DNA from: Verrucomicrobiota bacterium
GTDB taxonomy: Bacteria > Verrucomicrobiota > Verrucomicrobiia > Opitutales > Seribacteraceae
Reading direction: 5' to 3'
DNA length: 55,717 bases
NCBI GenBank assembly: GCA_027622665.1
Contig: JAQBYT010000025.1
Coordinates: forward strand, 1 to 55,717
The notes beneath the pieces were generated by a model, which ran no database searches, was not told the DNA's origin, and worked only from the letters and a program-made list of their open reading frames with translations. Below are positions 11,061 to 22,021 of the stretch, piece after piece. Numbering within the stretch: position 1 is the first letter of the stretch; every line of letters starts with the position of its first letter. The translations under genes and the position numbers were made by a program.

Positions 11061-12023
11061 TTAAGCGTTCAACTTTTTAGACAGTAGCTCTTCGAGCTTG
11101 CGGACGTCGGCGGCGAATCGACGTATGCCTTCGGCCAGTTTCTCGGTGGCCATGGGATCTTCGTTGAGAAGGAAGCGAAAGGCATTCTCGTCCATATGGA
11201 TCTTCTCGAGATTGGAGGTGTGGGCTTGTTCTTCGGTAAGTTTGACGGAGACCTCCTCGTGGTCGTTCTGCATTTCCTCGAGCAGGTTTGGGCTGATGGT
11301 GAGAAGATCGCAACCGACCAGTTCTTTGATTTCCCCGGTATTACGAAAGCTAGCTCCCATGACTTCGGTCTCGTGGCCGAATTTCTTGTAGTAGTTGTAT
11401 ATGGCAGTGACGGATTGTACGCCGGGGTCGTCGGCTCCGTGAAAATCCTTGCCCGAGGATGCCTTGTGCCAATCGAGGATGCGCCCGACGAACGGGGATA
11501 TGAGCTGGGCACCGGCTTCTGCACAGGCGATGGCCTGGGCGTGAGAGAAAAGCAAGGTCATGTTGCAGTGGATGCCCTCTTGTTCGAGAACACGGGAAGT
11601 CTCCACGCCTTCCCATGTTGTGGCTAGCTTGATAAGGATGCGTTCGCGAGAGTGACCGACTGCCTCGTACATGGAAATGAGCTTGCGGGCTTTGGCCAAA
11701 CTGGCCTCGACGCCAAAGGATAGACGGGCGTCGACCTCTGTGGAGACGCGACCGGGCACGATGGCGAGTATTTCCGTGCCAAAGCGAACAAGTAGGCGAT
11801 CCATGACTTCATCGACGTCCGAAACGCTCTCCGCCTTTGCAGTTTCGACCACTTCGTCCACAAGGCCCGCATAGGTTTCTTGGGATGCCGCCTTGAGGAT
11901 GAGGCTCGGGTTGGTGGTGGCGTCTCGCGGTTCGTACTCGCGAATGGACTCGAAGTCACCCGTGTCGGCGACGACGATGGTGTGTTGCTTTAGCTGGTCG
12001 AGGACGGAGGGAGAATCGCTCAT
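11061..12023 (-). CDS. tal: Transaldolase
   Basis: [33 protein letters not shown] and [11 protein letters not shown]. Confidence 0.97.
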   Translation of the reverse strand: MSDSPSVLDQLKQHTIVVADTGDFESIREYEPRDATTNPSLILKAASQETYAGLVDEVVETAKAESVSDVDEVMDRLLVRFGTEILAIVPGRVSTEVDARLSFGVEASLAKARKLISMYEAVGHSRERILIKLATTWEGVETSRVLEQEGIHCNMTLLFSHAQAIACAEAGAQLISPFVGRILDWHKASSGKDFHGADDPGVQSVTAIYNYYKKFGHETEVMGASFRNTGEIKELVGCDLLTISPNLLEEMQNDHEEVSVKLTEEQAHTSNLEKIHMDENAFRFLLNEDPMATEKLAEGIRRFAADVRKLEELLSKKLNA

Positions 12024-12049
12024 AAGGACTGGGTGTTGGTGGTGTAAGT

Positions 12050-12086
12050 AAACGAAAACGGCCCGAGGATTAAATTCTCGGACCGT
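12050..12086 (-). terminator. Probable intrinsic terminator downstream of fbaA
   Basis: The minus strand reads ACGGTCCGAGAA-TTTAA-TCCTCGGGCCGT followed by TTTCGTTT, an imperfect stem-loop plus U-tract. Confidence 0.55.
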
Positions 12087-12117
12087 ATCGAAAAAGTCAT
12101 TTTCGTTGGGAGCAGTA

Positions 12118-13191
12118 TCAGCTCACATTTCTATTGATGCAATTGAGGTCATCGAAGGCCGACACGAGGCGCTTGATGAATGCGTTTTCGCCGGAACGCA
12201 ACCAAGTCCGTGGATCGTAGTATTTCTTGTTGGGTTTTTCGTCCCCCTCGGGGTTACCGAGCTGGGTGTTGAGGTAATCCTTGTTTGCCTTGTAGTAGTC
12301 ATGGACGCCGTCCCAATAGGCCCACTGCATATCGGTGTCGAGGTTCATCTTGACGACACCGTAACCGATGGCTTCGCGAATGTGCTCGCGAGAGGAGCCG
12401 GATCCGCCGTGAAAGACGAAATGGATGGGCCTGTCGCCCGTGCCGTGCTTCTCTTTGACGTAATCCTGAGAGTTCTTGAGGATTATGGGGGTAAGCTCCA
12501 CATTGCCCGGTTTGTAGACGCCGTGCACGTTGCCGAATGCGGCAGCTACGGTGAAACGATGGCTTACTTCCTTGAGAGTCTCGTAAGCTTGGTTGACTTC
12601 CTCGGGCTGGGTGTAAAGACGGGAACTGTCGATGTCGGTGTTGTCGATTCCGTCTTCCTCCCCGCCGGTGACGCCGAGCTCGATCTCGATGGTCATGCCG
12701 AGTGGAGTCATTCGCTCGAAGTATTGCTTGGATGTGGAAAGGTTTTCGTCGATCGGTTCCTCGGAAAGATCAAGCATGTGCGAACTGTAGAGGGCTTTCC
12801 CTTCTTGTTCGTGAAACTTCTCACCAGCGTCGAGCAAACCATCGATCCAAGGCAGAAGCTTGCGGGCGGCGTGATCGGTGTGGAGGATGACGGGAACGTC
12901 ATAAGCCTCGGCCATGGCGTGAACATGCTTGGCGCCCGATACGGATCCGGCGATGGCTGCCTTTTGGGCATCGTTCGAGAGGCTCTTGCCCGCATAGAAG
13001 ACTCCGCCGCCGTTGGAAAACTGGATCATTACAGGGGATTTCACTTGGGCGGCCGTTTCCAGTACGGCATTGACCGAGTTGGTGCCCACTACGTTGACCG
13101 CCGGAAGCGCATATTCGTTTTCTAGGGCATCGTTGAAGATCGCTTGAACGGCGTCTCCGGTAGCCACTCCACCTGGGAATTTATTACTCAT
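12118..13191 (-). CDS. fbaA: Class II fructose-bisphosphate aldolase
   Basis: [49 protein letters not shown] and NKKYYDPR. Confidence 0.98.
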   Translation of the reverse strand: MSNKFPGGVATGDAVQAIFNDALENEYALPAVNVVGTNSVNAVLETAAQVKSPVMIQFSNGGGVFYAGKSLSNDAQKAAIAGSVSGAKHVHAMAEAYDVPVILHTDHAARKLLPWIDGLLDAGEKFHEQEGKALYSSHMLDLSEEPIDENLSTSKQYFERMTPLGMTIEIELGVTGGEEDGIDNTDIDSSRLYTQPEEVNQAYETLKEVSHRFTVAAAFGNVHGVYKPGNVELTPIILKNSQDYVKEKHGTGDRPIHFVFHGGSGSSREHIREAIGYGVVKMNLDTDMQWAYWDGVHDYYKANKDYLNTQLGNPEGDEKPNKKYYDPRTWLRSGENAFIKRLVSAFDDLNCINRNVS

Positions 13192-13343
13192 GATTGTATA
13201 TTGTCGTTATAAGAAGAGGTTCGATTTTACTGGAAAGAAAGAAAGGAAGGAATATCAAAACGTAAGCGGGAAGGAGTCTAAAGAAAAAAAACAAGTTCCC
13301 CACTACCAAAATCGAGAAAGATGGTAAGCCAAGTCGAACGTGA

Positions 13344-13829
13344 TCAGCGAAGCAAATCGCCTACGTCCCCCTGCCCCACCGCTTTTTCTACCTCGTCCAA
13401 CTTGATGAAGGTTGTACGGGTGTGTGGGAGTTTGTAGCGCTTGAAGACGCCCTTCTTCAAAAGGTAGTAAAGTTTACGTTGAGAAACTCTTAGTACTTTG
13501 GCGGCCTCTGAAATGCGCAGAATCTTTGGCACCGGAGGTTTGCGCAGCTCAGCCATGTAATTTTCCTGCGCCATCGCAGTGGATTCCAGTTTGTCGATAC
13601 GTTCATCGATCGAGTCGAGTCGTTCCTTGATTTCGCTTAAGGCGAGAAAAATAATTTCGTTCTCGATGGCAAAGTCGTCGGAGATGCCGAGCTCCCGGGC
13701 TTTTTCATTGCGAAACTTTACGGCGTCTATACGACTGTGGAAATATTTTCTATGACGTTTTTGTCGATAGGTCCAAGTTATGCAGTGAGAGGATGCGCGA
13801 CTGGCAACAAAGGAGTAAGAGACTTTCAT
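13344..13829 (-). CDS. Putative DNA-binding protein: Arm/AP2-like N-terminus, coiled coil, excisionase-like HTH
   Basis: C-terminal ILRISEAAKVLRVSQRKLYYLLKKG resembles HTH_17/MerR-like domains. N-terminal CITWTYRQKRHRKYFHSRIDAVKFR resembles arm-type binding domains. Confidence 0.7.
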   Translation of the reverse strand: MKVSYSFVASRASSHCITWTYRQKRHRKYFHSRIDAVKFRNEKARELGISDDFAIENEIIFLALSEIKERLDSIDERIDKLESTAMAQENYMAELRKPPVPKILRISEAAKVLRVSQRKLYYLLKKGVFKRYKLPHTRTTFIKLDEVEKAVGQGDVGDLLR

Positions 13830-13933
13830 GTCGTCAAAATGATGAAGGTATAATTCGAAAAAGAATTGCCTTTCGCTGGAGAATCTTTGGATTAAGTTTT
13901 AATTATGGCACAGATGACTCGAAACAAAAGTCT

Positions 13934-14353
13934 ATGAGCGAAAAGAATTTTCCCGAAGTTGTAAACGAGATTCACGAAAAGGATGCCCGCTATGGCAAAG
14001 GTGCGTATTTTTTTGTCCGTGAAGCTTTGGATCATACCCTCAAGTCAATTGAAAATTCCCCGAAAAAAGATACCGGACACGTGTCGGGCAATCAGTTACT
14101 AGATGGGATTCGAGAATTTGCATTGGATCGATTCGGACCGATGACCATGACCGTCTTGGAACACTGGCAGGTGAGCAAGTGTAGGGATTTTGGAGACATT
14201 GTTTTTAATCTCGTCGACTACGGGATTTTGGGACGTACCGATAACGACTCTCCTGAAGATTTCGATCAGGGCTATGACTTTCGAGAAGCTTTCGAGAAAC
14301 CCTTTTCTCCCTATTCCTCTGCAGACGACAAGCCGGAACCGTCTCGTAACTGA
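13934..14353 (+). CDS. Verrucomicrobia/Planctomycetes-restricted protein (Minf_1886/TIGR04138-like)
   Basis: DARYGKGAYFFVREALDHT, HVSGNQLLDGIREFALDRFGPM and DFGDIVFNLVDYGILGRTDNDS. Confidence 0.85.
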   Translation: MSEKNFPEVVNEIHEKDARYGKGAYFFVREALDHTLKSIENSPKKDTGHVSGNQLLDGIREFALDRFGPMTMTVLEHWQVSKCRDFGDIVFNLVDYGILGRTDNDSPEDFDQGYDFREAFEKPFSPYSSADDKPEPSRN

Positions 14354-14354
14354 G

Positions 14355-14603
14355 CTAACCGCCCAGCACGAAACGTACGATGAAATAGACCAAGGCCATG
14401 ATGGCTAAGGCGACCATGCAAGAGGCTTGGCTCTTCGCATAAGGCCCCGAACCGTAAGCCCCACCCTCACTCTCTTCCGCTCGAGCGGAAGAATCACTCT
14501 CATCCTCAAACTCCGAATCCATCGAGTCGGAACCGCAAGCGGGACAGACCTGACCATCTGACTCATGCCACTCGAAATCGCAATCGCTGCATTGTCGAAA
14601 CAT
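14355..14603 (-). CDS. Small zinc-ribbon protein with acidic linker and C-terminal TM helix
   Basis: 82 aa with CSDC-x11-CPAC, a D/E/S-rich linker and hydrophobic tail MVALAIMALVYFIVRFVLGG. Confidence 0.65.
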   Translation of the reverse strand: MFRQCSDCDFEWHESDGQVCPACGSDSMDSEFEDESDSSARAEESEGGAYGSGPYAKSQASCMVALAIMALVYFIVRFVLGG

Positions 14604-14729
14604 AACCTTACATCTTCGTCCACAGAATGGCAGGGTCGAGGAAAATTCTTGCCAAATGGATAGGGAAATAAATAAGGCGACTTTCGCCTTGAGCATTAGA
14701 TAAACTATCTCAAGGATATCAGCTTCCTC

Positions 14730-16091
14730 GTGAACATCAAAAGACTTACCATTTCACTTCCCCTCATTTTGATGGCAGGGGCGAATTCATTGATCGCCTC
14801 ACCGCTCACAGAGGAATTGGCAACGGTTCATGGTAAAGCCCAATCTGGTGACGCATACTACCAAGGCGCACTTGCTCTTTTTCACCGACATGGTGAACGT
14901 GGATTAAACATAAATTTAGCGGAAGCAGAAAAGTGGGCTCGTCTCGCCGCTGCAAACGATAGTGCCTTCGGGTTGTGTACACTGGCTGGGATAGAATTGG
15001 AAAAAGGCAACTCCGAACGCGGTAGATATCTCTACGACGAAGCGTACTTGAATTCGGGCCTTCTCGCACTTGCCCGCAGCAACGACCCCCTCGCCCTTTT
15101 CTGCCTGAGCATGATTGAGATAGACAACCCTCCGCGGAATTTCCCGAAGGCTATACGACACTTGAGTAAATCCGCCGATCTAGGATTGGGAGCCGCTCAA
15201 AGTACGCTTGGAATGCTTTATTTCACAGGTATCGGAGTCAAGAAAAACTCTCAAATGGCCATTCGATGGTGCTCGAAGGGAGCGAGGCTACATTCTCCAT
15301 TGGGAATGTTCTACCTCGGGATGGCATACTCGGTCGGGGATGGCATTGATTACAATGAAGATGTCGCTGGTCGTTGGCTACGAGCCGCGGCCGACCGCAA
15401 CCTACCAATGGCTCAGCTTACTCTTGGAATGAAATACGCCACGGGGGAAGGTCTTGCCCGTAATCTGGAGGCTGCCGTAGGTTGGCTGGAAAGAGCTTCC
15501 ACGAATGGTTCATCGGAGGCAAAACTACAGCTTCGCAAGTATCGAGTCCTACTTGAAAACGCACAAAAAGGCGAATCTTCTACGGCATTAGACATGGACC
15601 AAAGATCCCTCGCTCAAATTGCAGCTGAAAAAGCATCGGCAAGCTCAACGAATCCGGATGAAATCTCCTCCGTCGCCCCTCCTATTGAATCTTCTCCCTT
15701 AAGTCCAAAAGAATTGGCGGATCCCGTAACTTACGCCCGCAAAGCCTTAACCGTAGAGAAAAACCCGACCAAGGCCATTCGCCTGCTTAAAGGACCGGCG
15801 CGTTCGGGGGACTCGGAGGCCTCTCGCCTGCTCGGTACAGTTTATTATCGGGCGAAAGAGTTTGAACAGGCGCGCACTTGGTTCCAATCTTCCGCCAAAG
15901 GAGGCGACGTTGAAGCCCAACGCTTTCTTGGGATGATTTTTTTCCTTGGGCAAGGGGTGGAGCAAGATTATGTGCAAGCATCCCATTGGCTGGGAAAAGC
16001 TAGTGCAGGCGGCGATACGCAAGCACCTCGCTACCTTCGCATAGTCGAACAGTTCTATAAATCCGATACGACCGCCACGGAAACACCGTAA
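14730..16091 (+). CDS. Exported Sel1-like repeat protein
   Basis: Signal peptide followed by many AQ-x-LG-x-Y-x-G-x-GV...A-x-W repeats (AQSTLGMLYFTGIGV, AQLTLGMKYATGEGL, AQRFLGMIFFLGQGV). Confidence 0.9.
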   Translation: MNIKRLTISLPLILMAGANSLIASPLTEELATVHGKAQSGDAYYQGALALFHRHGERGLNINLAEAEKWARLAAANDSAFGLCTLAGIELEKGNSERGRYLYDEAYLNSGLLALARSNDPLALFCLSMIEIDNPPRNFPKAIRHLSKSADLGLGAAQSTLGMLYFTGIGVKKNSQMAIRWCSKGARLHSPLGMFYLGMAYSVGDGIDYNEDVAGRWLRAAADRNLPMAQLTLGMKYATGEGLARNLEAAVGWLERASTNGSSEAKLQLRKYRVLLENAQKGESSTALDMDQRSLAQIAAEKASASSTNPDEISSVAPPIESSPLSPKELADPVTYARKALTVEKNPTKAIRLLKGPARSGDSEASRLLGTVYYRAKEFEQARTWFQSSAKGGDVEAQRFLGMIFFLGQGVEQDYVQASHWLGKASAGGDTQAPRYLRIVEQFYKSDTTATETP

Positions 16092-16214
16092 TCAGACTAT
16101 TTAGGCGGCCGGTGAATTTATCGGCATTGGGCTTTAAGCAAAACTGCAGGGGGGATCAACGCTCACAAGATATCTCCCAATGCCAATAGTGTGGAAATCT
16201 CTTAGGGATCTAAG

Positions 16215-19200
16215 CTATTGGGCCCAAGATGCACCGCGCAAATCTAGATTTAGTTGGTTTGTTCTGCCCGATTCGATATTGAAAGCCTTGGACCATACAA
16301 CGCCGACTTGACCAAGCGGTGCTGTCCCGATGATATGATAAGTTCCAGGAGCAAGCGAACTCACTTTGGCAAGTCCTCGAGCATCAGTTTTAATACGGGC
16401 AAAATTGGAATCAGCCAATGCGTTTCGAATATGCGCCGCAACCCCGGGATAGCGATAACCACTTTGTATTGAACGAGCCCACAACTCGGCAGCGGTCTTG
16501 ATGCCTTGCTGAATCGGAATCTGAATGCCGGATTTTTTTACGATAGTGTCCAAGTCATCTCTAAGAACGAAAAACTCAATGTCGGAGGCAGGGCGCACCT
16601 TGTTGTTCAGGAACTGGACATTAGCATTCACCACTAAGTTTCCATCGCCCGTGGGTACGGAACGAACTACGGGGATGGAAGGTCTAGTCGAAGAAACTGC
16701 CGAGAGAGGTGTTGAGCGACGAAAACCACTACCACTTCGCGGTGGCAAAGGCAATTGTTCAACTCGCGAAGGCACGGGAGATATTCTCGAAGTTGCGGCT
16801 AAACCTCCTCCTACTCCTCGCCCGGAAGCCATGGAGGGAAAAGAACTTCTCGTAGCGTATCCACTTGATGGACTCGAAGAAGATAGTGCCCTTATGGGAG
16901 ATTCGGAAGAACCGCCACCGCGTAAGACCCGAATCGCATCTCGTAGAGATACCACTGCGCCTTCGAGCTGGGAAACCTTACCGCGAGAAGTCTTTAATTG
17001 ATTGTCTTGAAGGGCGATCTGCTGCTGTTGAGCCCTTTCTCGCTCAAAGGTTTCCCGCTTAACCTGCTTGGATGTTTGAAGTTCGTTTTGCAAGTCATTG
17101 ATCTTCACTCGCTCCCGCTCAATCTGCATTCCGGAGATGAGGTTCTTTTGACGCTCTTCTTGGAGTTCACGACTAAGCGCATCGTTATCTTGACTGGACT
17201 GAGACAACGTCAATTCTGTCTTCAGCCTTTCATTTTCTTCGCTAAGTTTTTTTAAGAGAGACGTACCAACAGGAGACGAGCCCGTGAAATCAGGAACTCC
17301 TGGGGACACTGAAGCCATGCCAAGGCGAACCGCATCGAGCTCGGCACTACGAGCCCGAGCAACACGGAGATCTTCTTCGAGGACAATCAAGCGCCTGTTG
17401 GCTTCCTTCAGGTCGGCGTCTGTCCGATCCAAATTCATTTTTGCGGATTGCTCGGCAATACGGGATACTTCTGCCAGTCCTTCGGCTTGCAAAATTCTTG
17501 CTCTCAATTCGCCTTCATTCAAACCGATTCCCGAGAGTGGAATCTTTGCCATGTTTTCTCGTAAAACCAATATACTTGAATCTCGTTGTTGTACTTGGGC
17601 TCGCAAGGTGGCATTTTCTTGAGCAAGAGCATCAGGGGCACTGCCCCGAACAATGGAAGTACCGCCACCTTTTAAGCGAGCGTTCTCTGACTCTAGAAAA
17701 GCAACGCTGTTTTTTAATTGAGCAAAGTCTTCCAGCGAACGCTTGAATTCAGAATTCAACTGCAACACGTCGTTATCACTCTTCCGTAGAGCCAGTTGAG
17801 TCTGTTCCAGTTCAGCTCGCAGGGCGGGGGTCGGTGAATTAGCGGATGCTTGAGCAGTCTGGACTTTTGCCGTGGCCAAATCCTGCTGCAGCAATAAAAG
17901 ATCATTCCCCAAGCCCTGAAGTTCGGCAACTTGAGATTCGCTCTTGGTTAATGCTCCACGCGTCTCGTCAAGTTTCGCTTGAAGGGATTCAACTTGAGTT
18001 GTTGGGCCTTGGGTAAGTTGCGCCTTGGCCAAAGCAAGGTCTCGTTGCAGTTGTACGAGATCATTTCGAAGTCCTTGAGAAGAGTTCAACGCTCCCGTTA
18101 AATCCAAAACCTTTTTTTCCGCGGCTGCTTTGGCTAGTTCAGCAGATTCAAATTGAGACAGGGAGTAGGCAAGTCGTTGGTTCAGTTCCTCCAGTTCCAC
18201 TGACGGTTGATTTACTGGAGATGCTTTTGCCAGTGCAGCTAGACGCTCATTGGCTTGCTGCAAATCAGTTTCGAGCTCCAAAACCTCCCCGTACTTATCA
18301 GCCAACTGATTTTGTAACTTGTCGACTTCAGGATTCTTGACCGGAGCACGAGAAGCCAATTCACTAGCTAATTCCAACTCTGCCTTTAGGCTTTCCATCT
18401 CTCCCTGCAATTCAGCAACTCGCAAGTCGGGTTCAGGGGAATTAGGTTGCCGACTAACTGCCTCTGCCAGTTGAGAACGCAAGTCATTAAGTTCTTTTCG
18501 TAAAGAAGCGGACCGGTCACCTGCTTGAGGCAACAACTCTAATTCTTTTATGCTTTTGGCCAACTTGGCTTCGGCCAGCTCTCGCTCGAGATCCTTTGTC
18601 TCAACAATAGACTGCAAACTTGAAATGGTATTTTGAGCCTTCCCCAGTTCTTGCTCCAATCGGTTAAATTGAGCCAAGTTTGCAGGGTCACCATCCGTTT
18701 TAAGAGAATCATTGAATTCCAGTTCGGCCAACTTGGCCTCAGCAGACAACAACTGTTCGTTCAGCCGTTCAGCCAAATCACCCTGTCCCGTATCATCGTC
18801 ACGTTGCTTAGCCAACTCATCCAGTTGAAGCTTTGCACTGATCAATCGCCGTTCCAAATCAGCGGACTCGGGAGCTTCGGATCCTTGTCGGGCTTCGAGT
18901 TCATCAAGTTTTCGTTTAGTCACAACCAATTCGCGCTCCAAAAGCTCTAAAGTATTGTCCTTGCCTTGCTCCACTTCCTTCACGCTCGCTGCCAAATCGT
19001 TGACACGATTACGCGATAATTCCAATTGTTCCTCAAGGTCGGTGATAGTGCCCACGCCTGAATCTTCAGATTGCGCCAAGCGGGCTTCCAGTTTGGCGAC
19101 TTCGCCTTGGGAGCTGAGTAACTGTTCGTTAAGTCGGGCAAAGGATTTAGCGTAGTTGACATTTCTTCCCGCACCATCTTCAGAGAGCATTTTAACCTCT

Positions 19201-21944
19201 AATTGAAGATCAGATAAATTCTTTCGCAAACGTTCCTTCTCCAACTCGGAACGCTCAATATCGGCCAACTGCGATTGCATGGCGTTAGCCAACTCCGAAC
19301 GCAAGCCATCCACTTCCCCATTTACCTGATCGGCTTGGTCCAGACTTTCCTTTAAAACTCGAATGGTACCAAGGGCTTCCTGCAATTGAGCTACCGCTTG
19401 CTGCGCCTCGATACTATTCCCCGAACCTGCGGTTTTGAGCCGAGCAATCTCCGTCCGGGTTTCGTCCAGTTCACTCTTGAGGTCTTGTATTAGTCCCCTC
19501 GACTTATCGGTTCTATCATACATTGTGGCTTGGGTGGCAGCCAACTGTTCACGGGTCTGCTCTAACTGATGCTCCAAGGCAGATACCTGAGATGCACTTT
19601 GTTCTTCCGTTTCTTCCTTGGCCTCCTTCGCAAAAACAAGCTCCACTTGGGACTCATTCAACTGTTCGCGCAGGGAAGCAATAATGCGATCGGCATCAGA
19701 TACTTGAGAATACTGGGTTTTCTTCGTCTCGTCCAGTATCTCGTTCAATTGGCTAAGTTGATCGGCAATGTTCTGAACTTCCGCCAATTCATTTTTTACA
19801 GCTGATGCTTCGTCACGAACTTTTCTCAACTCAAATTCGTGACCTTTCAACAGCTTATTTTTTTCAGACAGTTCAACCAAGCTGGATTGGTGTCGGCGCT
19901 TGGTCGTCTCAAGTTCTACCTGTAAAGCAGAAACCAGTTCGGTGGTCTTACCTTGTTCAGTATCGAAACGTTGAACCAGATCGTCAATTCGAGATTGGGA
20001 CTCGGTTAATGACTGTTCCATATCACCGACCACGGGAACTTTTCGAATGGCGCCTTGGGTCGCTTCTTGGAGTGCAATTTGAGATTCTTGTAATTCTTCC
20101 TCGAGAGACTTGATGGTGGAGGCAAACTCGAATTCCTTTCGAGCCATTAGGGCTCGAGCATTTTCAAGAGCAGATCTCGACGAATCAAGGTCTTGATGGG
20201 ATTGGCCGACACTATTATTCAGAGAACTCATGTCCTCTGCCAGTTGGGCTCGTAGTTCCCGACCGTCAGCTTGAGCTTCACTTACGGCAAGTTTAGCTGA
20301 ATTTAGCTCCAACAAGAGGTTATTAATATATTCTGCACTCACGCCTTTGTTCGGCTTATCCTCGATTTGCTCCATGGTCTGTCGCAGAGCAGTCAATTGG
20401 GTCTCGAGTTCATCTTTGGCCTTGAGTTCGGACTGCAAGCGAGCGATCTCGATCGCTGTTCCGGGTTGATTGTCAGTTTGCTTGATCGATCTACGTAGCT
20501 CGGCTAGCTGAGATTCCAGTTCTTCCTTGCCGGTAAGTTCAGCCTCCAAACGTGTAATCTCTACCAACGCTTTGCGCAGTTCATCTCGTAATTCAGCTGA
20601 TAACCCCGGGTTGCCGGCGACTTGCGCTGACTTGGCTTTCTGCAGGGCCATCTTGGTTCTCTCCAATTCCTGCTCAAGTACAAGTAAACGGGACGTGTCA
20701 GCTCCCGAAGACATGGCAGTGGCACGAGTGATATCCAATTCCTTACGGGATCTTTCCAATTCGTTGGAGAGGGTTCGGATCATTGTGTTGGATCGATCTT
20801 GCTCCGAAAGAAGGGACTGACGAGCGATCTTCAGTTCTTCCCTAGATGTTTTTAATTCAGCCTCCAATCGTGACACCATTCTGCTGACGGCTTCAACGCC
20901 TGACGCATTCTGGCCTCGAGTCTTGAGTAAAGCCATACGAGATTCTTCCAGTTCGCTAACCAAACGCTCGGACTCATTAACGCTTGTTTGAAGGGAAACT
21001 ATTTCTCTGTAGGCCCTTCTTAAATCACTTTGCAACATCTCGGTATCTTCAGAAAGAGCGACTTTGAGGTTATGCGAGCTCGCTAGCTTGGTCCGCAATT
21101 CCTCTAAACTGGAAGCGGATGAACGACGATCGGATGCCGTCTGACGAGCAGAACCGATGTCAACTCCTTCGGCAAGGATAGAGGGTTTGAAACGAGAAGC
21201 GGAGGCACCCTCGTCAATCGCCTTTACTGCATCGGTTATCTCTCGCGGACCAGAAGAAATTGCCACATCGGATTTAGGAGGAGATTCTTTTGTGTTCTCA
21301 CCGGTAAGGCGAGATTGCGAAACTTGATCGAGAATTCCTAAAACTTTTTTACTGAGAGCGGTCGCCATTATACTTCCCTCCTGTTCGGCCGCCTTGACCA
21401 ACTGAGTTGCAGCGTTCAACTCGTTATCAACGCGGTCAAGGTTTTCAGATACTATAAGTAGAATGGGTAATGCCTCATCCGGATTACCACCGGTATTCTC
21501 CAACGCATCATCAAAGATTCCCTTGGTTTCCTCTAGACGACCTTCGATCGCCGAAAGAGTACGAGCCGTTTCTCCTTGCCTACGATCCAATTTCCCTTCC
21601 ACTGCGGAAAGTTCTTCGCCTAGTGTGGAAACCTCTTTCGACAAATCTTCACTCGATTGAGCGGAACCTGCGGGTATACCGTTGCGAGCCTGCTCGAGAT
21701 TCCGGGCAGTACGATCCGTTCCAGATCTGAGTCTCAGACGCGCTTGTGCCTTGGCAAGGTCAGACATCCGGGCATCGAGAGTTTTCAACGACTGCCTTAT
21801 CGCAGTTACTTGACTCTTACCATCTAGCGAGGGAGTCGGCGGCAGACTCTCTAACTGACTGAATGCAAAGGTTACAATTCCAAGCAACAGCAAGGTCAAG
21901 GCGACCCAGCTGAGCCTTCGAGCAGAAAGGCGTGGCTTTTTCAT
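16215..21944 (-). CDS. Giant exported/membrane-anchored coiled-coil protein with C-terminal beta domain
   Basis: 1909 aa with an N-terminal basic+hydrophobic signal/anchor, roughly 1600 aa of L/E/Q/A heptads, an S/P/G/R-rich linker and a C-terminal domain containing KTDARGLAKVSSLAPGTYHIIG (prealbumin/carboxypeptidase-regulatory-like). Confidence 0.85.
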   Translation of the reverse strand: MKKPRLSARRLSWVALTLLLLGIVTFAFSQLESLPPTPSLDGKSQVTAIRQSLKTLDARMSDLAKAQARLRLRSGTDRTARNLEQARNGIPAGSAQSSEDLSKEVSTLGEELSAVEGKLDRRQGETARTLSAIEGRLEETKGIFDDALENTGGNPDEALPILLIVSENLDRVDNELNAATQLVKAAEQEGSIMATALSKKVLGILDQVSQSRLTGENTKESPPKSDVAISSGPREITDAVKAIDEGASASRFKPSILAEGVDIGSARQTASDRRSSASSLEELRTKLASSHNLKVALSEDTEMLQSDLRRAYREIVSLQTSVNESERLVSELEESRMALLKTRGQNASGVEAVSRMVSRLEAELKTSREELKIARQSLLSEQDRSNTMIRTLSNELERSRKELDITRATAMSSGADTSRLLVLEQELERTKMALQKAKSAQVAGNPGLSAELRDELRKALVEITRLEAELTGKEELESQLAELRRSIKQTDNQPGTAIEIARLQSELKAKDELETQLTALRQTMEQIEDKPNKGVSAEYINNLLLELNSAKLAVSEAQADGRELRAQLAEDMSSLNNSVGQSHQDLDSSRSALENARALMARKEFEFASTIKSLEEELQESQIALQEATQGAIRKVPVVGDMEQSLTESQSRIDDLVQRFDTEQGKTTELVSALQVELETTKRRHQSSLVELSEKNKLLKGHEFELRKVRDEASAVKNELAEVQNIADQLSQLNEILDETKKTQYSQVSDADRIIASLREQLNESQVELVFAKEAKEETEEQSASQVSALEHQLEQTREQLAATQATMYDRTDKSRGLIQDLKSELDETRTEIARLKTAGSGNSIEAQQAVAQLQEALGTIRVLKESLDQADQVNGEVDGLRSELANAMQSQLADIERSELEKERLRKNLSDLQLEVKMLSEDGAGRNVNYAKSFARLNEQLLSSQGEVAKLEARLAQSEDSGVGTITDLEEQLELSRNRVNDLAASVKEVEQGKDNTLELLERELVVTKRKLDELEARQGSEAPESADLERRLISAKLQLDELAKQRDDDTGQGDLAERLNEQLLSAEAKLAELEFNDSLKTDGDPANLAQFNRLEQELGKAQNTISSLQSIVETKDLERELAEAKLAKSIKELELLPQAGDRSASLRKELNDLRSQLAEAVSRQPNSPEPDLRVAELQGEMESLKAELELASELASRAPVKNPEVDKLQNQLADKYGEVLELETDLQQANERLAALAKASPVNQPSVELEELNQRLAYSLSQFESAELAKAAAEKKVLDLTGALNSSQGLRNDLVQLQRDLALAKAQLTQGPTTQVESLQAKLDETRGALTKSESQVAELQGLGNDLLLLQQDLATAKVQTAQASANSPTPALRAELEQTQLALRKSDNDVLQLNSEFKRSLEDFAQLKNSVAFLESENARLKGGGTSIVRGSAPDALAQENATLRAQVQQRDSSILVLRENMAKIPLSGIGLNEGELRARILQAEGLAEVSRIAEQSAKMNLDRTDADLKEANRRLIVLEEDLRVARARSAELDAVRLGMASVSPGVPDFTGSSPVGTSLLKKLSEENERLKTELTLSQSSQDNDALSRELQEERQKNLISGMQIERERVKINDLQNELQTSKQVKRETFERERAQQQQIALQDNQLKTSRGKVSQLEGAVVSLRDAIRVLRGGGSSESPIRALSSSSPSSGYATRSSFPSMASGRGVGGGLAATSRISPVPSRVEQLPLPPRSGSGFRRSTPLSAVSSTRPSIPVVRSVPTGDGNLVVNANVQFLNNKVRPASDIEFFVLRDDLDTIVKKSGIQIPIQQGIKTAAELWARSIQSGYRYPGVAAHIRNALADSNFARIKTDARGLAKVSSLAPGTYHIIGTAPLGQVGVVWSKAFNIESGRTNQLNLDLRGASWAQ

Positions 21945-22021
21945 GTGTCAATATATTGTTCTCGCGCGCAAACTTGGCAAGAACGGATTTCCGAGGGTAA
22001 CTCGGCGAAGTCCTCGGAAGA

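Noticed and set aside
12106..13125. 339-aa plus-strand ORF and similar long overlaps (1271..1978, 7491..8183, 46156..47001, 51224..51973)
   Set aside because: They are antisense shadows of well-supported genes.
16215..21944. SMC or tape-measure annotation for the 1909-aa protein
   Set aside because: There are no Walker A/B or hinge motifs and no phage context, and it has an export signal.
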